In this document: one piece after another, positions 19,127 through 27,175 of the stretch
How positions within the stretch are numbered: position 1 is the stretch's first letter
Layout: each line of letters opens with the position of its first letter
NCBI RefSeq assembly: GCF_000195855.1
Contig: NC_002677.1
Span: 750,001 to 782,000 of the forward strand
Direction of reading: 5' to 3'
Length of the DNA stretch: 32,000 nucleotides
Source of the DNA: Mycobacterium leprae TN
GTDB taxonomy: Bacteria > Actinomycetota > Actinomycetes > Mycobacteriales > Mycobacteriaceae
Program-made: the position numbers and the translations under genes
The notes under the pieces: model-generated
The model's input: only the letters and a program-made list of their open reading frames with translations
Databases searched by the model: none
Told to the model about the DNA's origin: nothing

Positions 19127-21271
19127 ATGGTAATGGTCGTAAATCCATTGACTGCTGGACTGGATGACGAGCAGCGCGAGGCCGTGCTGGCTCCACGCGG
19201 ACCTGTTTGTGTGCTCGCGGGAGCCGGAACGGGTAAAACCCGCACCATCACTCACCGCATTGCCCACCTTGTTGGTGCTGGTCACGTCGCCACTGGGCAG
19301 GTGCTGGCGGTGACATTCACCCAGCGTGCAGCGGCGGAGATGCGGTCCCGGTTGAGGGCGCTTGGCGCTGCCGTACAAGCCGTTTCGGATTTTGGCGTTG
19401 TGCGAGTCCTGACCTTTCATGCTGCCGCGCACCGCCAGTTGCGATATTTCTGGCCACGGGTGATCGGTGACACTGGCTGGCAGCTGTTGGACAGCAAGTT
19501 TGCCACCGTTGCGCGGGCGGCTAGTAGTGTCAGGCTGCATGCTGGCACTGATGACGTGTGTGACCTCGCCGGCGAGATTGAATGGGCTAAGGCCTCGCTG
19601 ATTGGGCCCGAAGAATACGTGGCCGCCGTGGCCGCTATCGGTAGAGACACTCCGCTGGACGCCGCGCAAATCGCGAGTGTCTACGCTGCCTACGAAGCTC
19701 TTAAGGCCCGCGGCAATGGCGTCCCAGGGGTCACGCTGCTCGACTTCGATGATCTGCTGCTGCACACCGCCGCCGCGATCGAGAACGACGCAGCGGTAGC
19801 CGAGGAGTTCCGGGACCGTTACCGTTGTTTTGTAGTCGATGAGTACCAAGACGTCACCCCGCTACAGCAACGGGTGCTTTCGGCCTGGTTGGGTGATCGA
19901 GACGATCTGACTGTGGTCGGCGACGCCAACCAGACCATCTACTCGTTCACTGGGGCTTCACCTTGTTTCCTGCTTGACTTCCCCCGACGGTTTCCCGATG
20001 CCACGGTGGTGCGGCTGGAGCGCGACTACCGGTCTACTCCGCAGGTGGTGTCGCTTGCAAATCAGGTGATCGCAGCGGCTCATGGCCGGGTTGCGGACAG
20101 CAAATTTCAGCTGTCCGGCCAGCGTGAGCCGGGTCCGGCCGCGTCATTTCACGAGTATTCTGATGAGCCTGCTGAGGCCGCTGCCGTGGCAGCATCAATT
20201 GCTCGACTGATCGAATTCGGCACCTCGCCATCCGAGATCGCGGTGCTTTACCGGGTCAATGCGCAGTCCGAGGCGTACGAGGAGGCGTTGACCGAGGTGG
20301 GGATTGCCTATCAGGTCCGCGGCGGCGAGGGATTTTTCAACCGCCAGGAGATCAAACAGGCGCTACTAGCCCTGCAGCGTAGTGCGGAGCGCAGCTCCCA
20401 AACAGAACCGAACAGCCCATTGTCGGACGTGGTCCGCGGTGTTCTGGAGCCATTGGGGCTAACGGCTGAGAAACCGGTCGGCAGCCGCGCCCGGGATCGT
20501 TGGGAGGCGCTGACCGCATTGGCCGAACTGGCCGACGACGAAGTGGCTCAGCATCCGCGGCTGGATCTTCCGGGGTTGCTGGCCGAGCTGCGGTTGCGGG
20601 CCGATGCCCGGCACCCACCGGTGGTACAGGGCGTCACGTTGGCCTCATTGCATGCCGTTAAAGGACTTGAGTGGGATGCGGTGTTCTTAGTCGGATTGGC
20701 CGACGGAACACTACCCATCTCGCGTGCGTTGGCGCATGGTGCTGAAAGCGAGCCTGTCGAGGAAGAGCGTAGGCTGCTTTATGTTGGAATCACCAGGGCC
20801 CGAGTGTATTTGGCACTTAGCTGGGCGTTATCGCGAACTCCGGGTGGACGTCAGAGCCGCAAGCCGTCGCGGTTCCTCAACGACATCGCGCCACAGATGG
20901 GTCAAAATCCTGCGTCGAGCAGATCTCGGCGTAATCGGACCGCTACTTTGCGCTGCCGTATTTGCAAAAACGACCTGACCACGCCTGCGGCCGTCATGCT
21001 GCAGCGGTGTCAGATATGTGCCGCAGACGTTGACGAAGAATTGTTGCTGCAGCTCAAAGCGTGGCGGCTTAGCACTGCCAAGGAACAGAACGTGCCTGCT
21101 TACGTCGTTTTAACCGATAACACGTTGATTGCGATTGCTGAGTTGCTGCCCGCCGATGAGGCCGCGTTGATCGCTGTCCCGGGTATGAGTGTACGCAAAA
21201 TTGAGCAATACGGGTCGGACGTGCTGCAGTTGGTTCGCTGCCGTGCCGTCGCGGTTAGGACGCAGACCTGA
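19127..21271 (+). CDS. uvrD2: ATP-dependent DNA helicase UvrD2 (SF1, with tetracysteine module and HRDC domain)
   Basis: The maximal ORF is 19088-21271 (727 aa). Likely starts are ATG 19118, 19127 or 19133, upstream of [35 protein letters not shown] (Walker A). The DExx box is VVDEYQD. The CxxC-x14-CxxC module (CRICKNDL...CQIC) lies at 20954-21019. A C-terminal HRDC-like segment reads [33 protein letters not shown]. Confidence 0.93.
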
Positions 21272-21299
21272 TCGATCGTACCTAGTTAACTGATAGCAG

Positions 21300-21721
21300 A
21301 CAAACGCGCAGATAAAAATAAGTTTCCACTGCTGGCTGTTACCGTTGTGCTCAAATCCGCGCTTTGCTGGCCGTCTGAAGTCAGGTTTGCAGGCAGGCGA
21401 AACGGATATATGGAGGGTAGCCACGGTGATTGACTACAACAACGTGTTTGGTGCGGGCGTGGTTGCAGCTGTGTCGACCGCGGGAACCCCTCATGCCGCC
21501 ACATCGGCTGCAGCGGGTCAGTACCGCGTAGCCGCGACAGGAACCCGTCCGTGGATCGGGGCTATACTGAACTACGAAGTCAGCCCGATTTTCGCCAGAT
21601 GGCCACGGAACCGAAATCACCAGGATCCGTGGCACAGTTTTTGGGCAAATAGCCTCCCAACCTGGTACAGATCCTTTTTGAAGAAAGACAGCCACCAGAC
21701 CAGGAAGCAGATGAAAAGGAC
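21300..21721 (+). promoter_or_regulatory. whiB7 promoter-proximal AT-rich tract plus a ~400-nt 5' leader
   Basis: The AT-rich GATAAAAATAAG (21311-21322) is conspicuous in otherwise GC-rich DNA. No conventional gene fills the 450 bp between uvrD2 and whiB7. The region holds an SD-preceded uORF and a terminator-like hairpin, listed separately. This matches the known architecture of mycobacterial whiB7 loci. Confidence 0.6.
21602..21642 (+). terminator. intrinsic-terminator-like hairpin inside the whiB7 leader (candidate attenuator)
   Basis: GCCACGGAaCC (21602-21612) pairs with GGaTCCGTGGC (21623-21633). That gives 10 bp with one A-A mismatch and a 10-nt loop. ACAG and TTTTT (21638-21642) follow. 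Confidence 0.5.
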
Positions 21722-21991
21722 ATGTTGACACTGACAATCCCTAAACAGACGCTGCCCGGGTTGCCGTGCCATGCCGACACCTCCGACCTATGGTTCGCTG
21801 AGACCCCAGCAGACCTGGAGTGCACCAAAACGCTCTGCGCGAACTGCCCGATCCGCCGCCCGTGCCTGGAGGCAGCGATGGAACGGGCCGAACCCTGGGG
21901 TGTGTGGGGCGGTGAAATTTTCGATCGAGGCTTGATCGTGAGTCGCAAACGTCCTCGTGGACGACCGTGCAACGATGTCGTCGTTGTTTAG
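21722..21991 (+). CDS. whiB7: WhiB-family transcription factor WhiB7
   Basis: The 89-aa ORF has four Cys (PCHAD...C..CANCPIRRPC), the GVWGGE turn and a C-terminal AT-hook core RKRPRGRP. It closely resembles M. tuberculosis WhiB7. Confidence 0.92.
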   Translation: MLTLTIPKQTLPGLPCHADTSDLWFAETPADLECTKTLCANCPIRRPCLEAAMERAEPWGVWGGEIFDRGLIVSRKRPRGRPCNDVVVV

Positions 21992-22067
21992 AGAAACAAG
22001 GTCACGAAAGTGCAATTGTCGAATTGTTCCTTGAAGAGACGGCCTCAGTAGTGGCACTTTTGGGGCG

Positions 22068-23402
22068 TTAGACGATGGCAGTATCGGGCTCGGCGAAGCC
22101 GGGAACCAACTTCTCGGTCAGAGCCTTGGTCGGCACATGCGCGTCGAGTTGGCAGAGGATCGCGCCCACCGACGCGATCACCCGCATAGGCAGGGCCAGT
22201 GTAGCCGGCAGATCCAACTGGCGTGCCGTCTTGATGTGCGACACCGATCGGTCTAGGCTTATCTGTTGCAGCCATTTACGTGTGTAGTGGAAAACCTCGA
22301 CTTTGATCGGTTCTACGTACTGGTGCATCATCTCGTCAATGTCGCGCACAGACACCTGTCGGCCTTTTTGGATTAAGCCGGCCTTCTCCATCGTCTGCAG
22401 CAAGAGGTTGTAGTTCTTGTCCCGGGCCAATCGGATGCTCATTCCCAGCTCTACCGGGAAACCACCAGGCAGTGGCGCGATAGCGCCGAAGTCGATGACG
22501 CCCATCCGGCCGTCGGACAGCAGCATGAAATTGCCTGGGTGAGCGTCGCCGTGCAGCATTTCCAATCGGCGTGGCGAATCGAAGGTGAGTTCGAGTAGCA
22601 GTTTTCCCATACGGTCACGTTGTTGGGCGGTTCCGTTACGGATGATTTCGGCCATCGGAACACCATCGATCCACTCCTGGATTATCACTTTCGGTGCGCT
22701 TGCCACCACGTTTGGCACCACAAAGCGCGGGTCGCCCTGATACGCCTTGGCGAAAGCACGTTGGTTGTCAGCCTCCAACCGATAATCTAGTTCCATCTCG
22801 GTGCGTTCGACTAATTCGTCTACCACACCTTGGATGTCAGCACCGGGAGAGAGCTGTTTGAGTATCCCAACCATCCGCTGCATGGTCTTGAGATCGGCGC
22901 GCAACGCCTCATCAGCACCCGGATACTGGATTTTGACCGCCACTTCGCGGCCATAGGACCATACCGCTTTATGCACCTGGCCGATGCTGGCCGAGGCCAC
23001 CGGGGTGTCGTTGAACGAGCTGAACCGGTCCCGCCACTTGGTGCCTAACTGGGCGTCGAGCACCCGATGCACCTTGTTGACCGGCAACGGCGGGGCGTCC
23101 TTTTGCAGCTTGGTCAGGGCTTCGCGGTAGGGCTCGCCGTACTCTTCAGGAATCGCGGCTTCCATCACAGACAATGCCTGGCCGACCTTCATTGCCCCGC
23201 CCTTGAGCTCGCCCAGGACACTGAACAACTGGTGGGCGGTCTTCTCTATCAGCTTGGTGTTAACCTCGTCTTTCGACTTGCCAGTCAGTCGTTTCCCGAG
23301 CCCGAGCACCGCCCGCCCGGCAAGGCCGACCGGAATGCTAGCTAGCTTCGCGTTGCGCGCAGCCTGACCACGTTTGATGTCTGCCACACGTCTATCATCC
23401 AT
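22068..23402 (-). CDS. ABC1/UbiB-family atypical kinase-like protein (Rv3197-like)
   Basis: The start is ATG at 23402 (MDDRRVADIKRGQAARNAKLASIPVGLAGRA), giving 444 aa. Motifs are ASIGQVHKA, HGDAHPGNF and IDFG. The ORF track's extra 45 N-terminal codons look spurious. Confidence 0.88.
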   Translation of the reverse strand: MDDRRVADIKRGQAARNAKLASIPVGLAGRAVLGLGKRLTGKSKDEVNTKLIEKTAHQLFSVLGELKGGAMKVGQALSVMEAAIPEEYGEPYREALTKLQKDAPPLPVNKVHRVLDAQLGTKWRDRFSSFNDTPVASASIGQVHKAVWSYGREVAVKIQYPGADEALRADLKTMQRMVGILKQLSPGADIQGVVDELVERTEMELDYRLEADNQRAFAKAYQGDPRFVVPNVVASAPKVIIQEWIDGVPMAEIIRNGTAQQRDRMGKLLLELTFDSPRRLEMLHGDAHPGNFMLLSDGRMGVIDFGAIAPLPGGFPVELGMSIRLARDKNYNLLLQTMEKAGLIQKGRQVSVRDIDEMMHQYVEPIKVEVFHYTRKWLQQISLDRSVSHIKTARQLDLPATLALPMRVIASVGAILCQLDAHVPTKALTEKLVPGFAEPDTAIV

Positions 23403-23713
23403 GACGGTGAAGCGTGCCATGGACGTGATATGGCAATCAATGATCAAACGGCTACATTCATTATTCATTCGGGCTTTCACCCGCATCATCCAGCGTCGAG
23501 CCAATTTTCTCCGTGCAGGTTCAATCTTGTGGTTCATTGAAACGCATGTTCGAAGGGTGGTACCGAAAAGCCATGGCAGTAAAGCAAACGTAACACGATG
23601 CTCTAACGGATATCTGCTCCATTGGTGCGCGACGATAGAGCCGGCGCCCAGATCTCGAACTCCAGTGTGGTGTTCAACGCCGAGGGTGGTCCGGAACCGA
23701 GTAACACCTCCTG

Positions 23714-23911
23714 TTAGTACACCGCGACGATCACTCGATCCACCGGGCTTAGCGTCAGTGCCGCGGTGGTGAGTGGGGTGGCCTGGTTGGCCACCCCGAT
23801 GGTGTCTTGCAGCTGGGCGGCGAACGCCGGCCAGACGGTGTCGCAGTCGCTGCCGTGCAGGTCTGCACAGGCTTGGCAGCTAGTTACGCCGGTAATGACC
23901 AGCAGCCCCAT
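23714..23911 (-). CDS. possible small hypothetical protein, or an in-frame remnant of a larger decayed gene
   Basis: The 65-aa ORF has a strong G/C bias at third codon positions (roughly four fifths by eye) and GAGG about 11 nt upstream of the ATG. I recognise no family. It lies in an otherwise ORF-poor 1-kb gap. Confidence 0.25.
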   Translation of the reverse strand: MGLLVITGVTSCQACADLHGSDCDTVWPAFAAQLQDTIGVANQATPLTTAALTLSPVDRVIVAVY

Positions 23912-24505
23912 CAGGTTAGGCCTCGTGCCGTTACGGACGTGGACCGGAAGGTGTCCGATACACCCCGGCTATACAAATCGCACACCATGCGCGGGTCAGC
24001 GACCAGGTGGGTACGAAAACGACTACCAGGTCCACTGCGGAAGTGACTGGTATGCATATTGGCTGGCTGTGCGTTATCTCGGGCTCGAGAGCAGTGTAGC
24101 GTCTCCACCAGCAGGTCTGACAGCGGGGCCGCGGCTGTCCGGCCACGGGACTGCCGGTATCCGCGGGTTGCGACACCGGCACCAAAACTAGTTGCGCGAC
24201 GAGGTTCGCCGGGTCTTCGGGGCGGCCGACTTCCATATGCCCATATGCCGGCCTGCCCCTGCAACTTGGCTATCGGTGTCGATTATCACATGGATTGATT
24301 GCAGCAGCGCGACTAACTCCGCCGCGGCGGGGCCGTACCGGTGGGTGGATCAGCGCGGTCCTGCGGAGATCTCAACCGACCTACACCGCGCCGTCCGGCC
24401 GGCAGCAGCACCGGCATGGCATCGCGGGGTCCAGCGTATAGAGGTTTAGAGCGCAGTTTCCGGCATGACTCGAGACTTTAGCCATGCCGGACATTCAAGT
24501 CTCGA

Positions 24506-25945
24506 TCAGTTATCCACAGGACCGCCAGAGCCGGGGGTCCTACCATCGGAGTTGCCACGGTCTAGATCGAGTTTGGCGATCGCTTCGTCGATGCCGCTGG
24601 TATCGCCACCGATGATTCGATCGATGAAGCTGGCCGGGTCGTCGAGATCCTTTCCAGAGGGCAGCAGATCCGGGTGTTGCCAGACAGCATCACGGGCGTC
24701 CACGCCGGCAGCTTGGGTCAAGCGTTCCCATAGCACGGCAGCCTCCCGCAACTTACGTGGCCGCAGTTCCAAGCCGACCAGCGTGGCGAATGTCTGTTCG
24801 GCCGGGCCGCCACTGGCTCGACGTCGGCGCAGCGTCTCGCCGAGCGCGGCAGCACCTGGAATCCGATCGCCCAGAGCCGCGGTCACTACTACCTGCACCC
24901 AGCCCTCGATCAGTGCCAGCAGGGCTTCTAGCCGTTCCAGTGCCTGAGTTTGTGCTGGGGTTGCCTGGGGTTCGAAAACACCCTGACCCAGCAGCTCCTC
25001 TATGGCGGTGGGATCGGACAGCGAGGCTGGATTGAAATCGCGTGCTAGCTCCTCAATTCCGTTCATGTCGATCTTCATACCCGCGGCATAGGCTTCCACG
25101 GCGCCCAGCAATTGACTGGCCAGCCAGGGCACGTGGCTGAATAAGCGGTGGTGTGCGGCCTCACGAGTGGCCAGGAATGTCAGAATCTCGCACCGCGGCT
25201 GTTCGAGCCCATCGGCGAAGGATTCGACAGCTTGCGGCATTATCGCCGCTACGCCCCTGGGTCCCAGCGGGAGACCGATATCTGTCGATGTTAGCACTTC
25301 GCGGGACAATTGACCAAATGCCTGGCCTAGTTGCGAACCAAAGGCCATGCCGCCCATTTGCGACATCATCGACAGCAGCGGGCTGGCCATACTCTTGGCC
25401 TCCTCCGGCAGTGACGCTGCCCACACGGTCGAGATTTGTTGGGCCATCGGGTCACATAGCCTTTTCCACGTCTCCAAGGTGTTGTTGACCCAGTCGTCGG
25501 GGGTCCAGCCCTCCGCTTTTGTGGTACCCGCGGGCAGCGCGGTGACCCCGTCCAGCCAGGTCTCGGCGAGATGTACCGCATCGCCGATTGCCGAGCTTGT
25601 GGTTGCCGGGATGGGCGCGACAAACCCTATTGAACTCGACGCGACTCGTCGCGCCAATTCATAATTGACTGGACCGAGTTGTTTGTCCGCGGTCATTGCG
25701 GTGCCAGCGTTGGTGAACATTTGACCCAGGTGGGTGAAGATCTGTCCCAGGTCGCTCATGCCGAAGTCTCCACTCATACCGAACGAAGCTAACGGGTCTG
25801 ATCCGCTCGAGCCGGAATCGGGGCCGTTTTTTCCGTGCTTGTCGCGTCCCGACTCGTCGTTTGGGGAGTCGTTTCCGGAAGAGAAGCCGAAAGGTGGGTT
25901 AGCCACACCGTCAACGGTACTCACAGGTGAGCCAGAATGCGCCAC
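24506..25945 (-). CDS. DUF2342 / zinc-metalloprotease-like conserved protein (Rv3195-like)
   Basis: The 479-aa ORF has a GTG start and a low-complexity G/S/D-rich N-terminus. The conserved core includes LTFLATREAAHHRLFSHVPWL and LRRRRASGGPAEQTFATLVGLELRPRKLREAA. It sits in conserved synteny with the next two genes. Confidence 0.8.
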   Translation of the reverse strand: MAHSGSPVSTVDGVANPPFGFSSGNDSPNDESGRDKHGKNGPDSGSSGSDPLASFGMSGDFGMSDLGQIFTHLGQMFTNAGTAMTADKQLGPVNYELARRVASSSIGFVAPIPATTSSAIGDAVHLAETWLDGVTALPAGTTKAEGWTPDDWVNNTLETWKRLCDPMAQQISTVWAASLPEEAKSMASPLLSMMSQMGGMAFGSQLGQAFGQLSREVLTSTDIGLPLGPRGVAAIMPQAVESFADGLEQPRCEILTFLATREAAHHRLFSHVPWLASQLLGAVEAYAAGMKIDMNGIEELARDFNPASLSDPTAIEELLGQGVFEPQATPAQTQALERLEALLALIEGWVQVVVTAALGDRIPGAAALGETLRRRRASGGPAEQTFATLVGLELRPRKLREAAVLWERLTQAAGVDARDAVWQHPDLLPSGKDLDDPASFIDRIIGGDTSGIDEAIAKLDLDRGNSDGRTPGSGGPVDN

Positions 25946-25994
25946 CCCGGGTCATGCTTATAGCTGAACGAGCACGATGAAATGAGAGTACGTC

Positions 25995-26000
25995 TAATCT
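25995..26000 (+). promoter_or_regulatory. candidate -10 hexamer (TAATCT) for a leaderless transcript starting at GTG 26008
   Basis: TAATCT fits the mycobacterial TANNNT pattern. It is followed by 7 nt (AAGCGGC, no Shine-Dalgarno) and then the GTG start codon. The whole divergent intergenic region is only 62 bp. Confidence 0.35.
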
Positions 26001-26007
26001 AAGCGGC

Positions 26008-27030
26008 GTGAACAGGCGGATTCTCACCTTGTTGGTTGCGCTGGTGCCGATTCTGGTCTTCGGCGTGTTGCTTGCGGTGGTGACGGTGCCGTTCGTGTCG
26101 CTGGGCCCCGGTCCCACTTTTGACACACTCGGTGAGGTGGACGGCAAGCAGGTCGTCGCGATCAAAGGCGCGCACACGCACCCGACGTCTGGTCATCTCA
26201 ACATGACAACGGTGTCCCAGCGCGACGATCTGACCTTGGGTGAAGCCCTGACATTGTGGCTGTCCGGACAAGAACAGCTGGTGCCGCGCGACCTAATCTA
26301 CCCGCCGGGAAAGTCGAGGGAAGACGTTGACAAGGTCAACTACGCTGATTTCAAACAGTCCGAGGACAGTGCAGCTTATGCCGCACTGGGATACCTGCAG
26401 TATCCGTCTGCAGTTACCGTTGCTAAAGTCACTGATCCTGGTCAGTCAGTGGGCAAACTGAAGTCTGGTGATGCCGTGGACGCGGTCAACGGCAGCCCGG
26501 TGGCCAATGTCGAGCAATTCACCGGATTGCTGAAGAAAACTAAGCCCGGCGAGGTGGTGACCATCGACTTTCGTCGCAAGAACGAGCCACCCGGTGTGGT
26601 ACAGATAACATTGGGTGCGAACAAAGATCGCGACTACGGCTTTTTGGGTGTCGCGGTGCTAGATGCGCCGTGGGCGCCATTTGTGGTGGATTTCAACCTC
26701 GCCAACGTTGGCGGTCCCTCGGCCGGACTGATGTTCAGCCTGGCGGTTGTCGACAAGCTGACCACCGGCGACTTGGTCGGGTCTACGTTCGTCGCGGGCA
26801 CCGGAACCATCAGCATCGACGGCAAGGTGGGCCCTATTGGAGGCATCGCGCACAAGATGGCTGCCGCCCGCGCTGCCGGCGCCACGGTGTTTCTAGTGCC
26901 CGCGAAGAACTGCTACGAGGCGCGCTCCGATAACCGCACCGGCCTGCGATTGGTTAAGGTCGAGAGCCTCAGCCAAGCCGTGGACGCGTTGCACGCTATG
27001 ACGTCGGGGGGCCAGCTGCCGAGCTGCTAA
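26008..27030 (+). CDS. membrane-anchored PDZ plus Lon-like (S16) serine protease (Rv3194c-like)
   Basis: The 340-aa ORF has an N-terminal TM segment (ILTLLVALVPILVFGVLLAVV), a PDZ segment (GDAVDAVNGSPVANVEQF) and a Lon catalytic-type motif (GGPSAGLMFSLAVVDKLT) with a downstream GGIAHKMAAARAAGATVFLVP. Confidence 0.88.
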   Translation: MNRRILTLLVALVPILVFGVLLAVVTVPFVSLGPGPTFDTLGEVDGKQVVAIKGAHTHPTSGHLNMTTVSQRDDLTLGEALTLWLSGQEQLVPRDLIYPPGKSREDVDKVNYADFKQSEDSAAYAALGYLQYPSAVTVAKVTDPGQSVGKLKSGDAVDAVNGSPVANVEQFTGLLKKTKPGEVVTIDFRRKNEPPGVVQITLGANKDRDYGFLGVAVLDAPWAPFVVDFNLANVGGPSAGLMFSLAVVDKLTTGDLVGSTFVAGTGTISIDGKVGPIGGIAHKMAAARAAGATVFLVPAKNCYEARSDNRTGLRLVKVESLSQAVDALHAMTSGGQLPSC

Positions 27031-27175
27031 TCTGGCCTTTTCGCCTGCCATCAAAGGATACCGAGGTGTGTAGATGCGTAGAGTTGTGACCGTTAAGAAG
27101 ATATCTGGCAACAGGCCCTGCAGTACGGGTGCCAACAAAATCGAAGCCAGTCAAGTCGAGCAGGGAGCGTAGCTA

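Noticed and set aside
18941-19849. 302-aa ORF on the minus strand
   Set aside because: It lies antisense to the well-supported uvrD2 helicase gene. The translation is low-complexity and Arg/Gly/Ser-rich with no recognisable motifs. Long antisense ORFs are expected in GC-rich coding DNA.
21345-21728. 127-aa plus-strand ORF treated as an ordinary protein gene
   Set aside because: It occupies the whiB7 leader. It is better explained as a regulatory uORF that probably starts at GTG 21426 and has been extended by chance or by loss of its stop. It resembles no protein family.
21992-22067. Bidirectional terminator between the convergent whiB7 and ABC1 genes
   Set aside because: Only a 5-bp CAAGG/CCTTG pairing with a long loop was found, which is not convincing.
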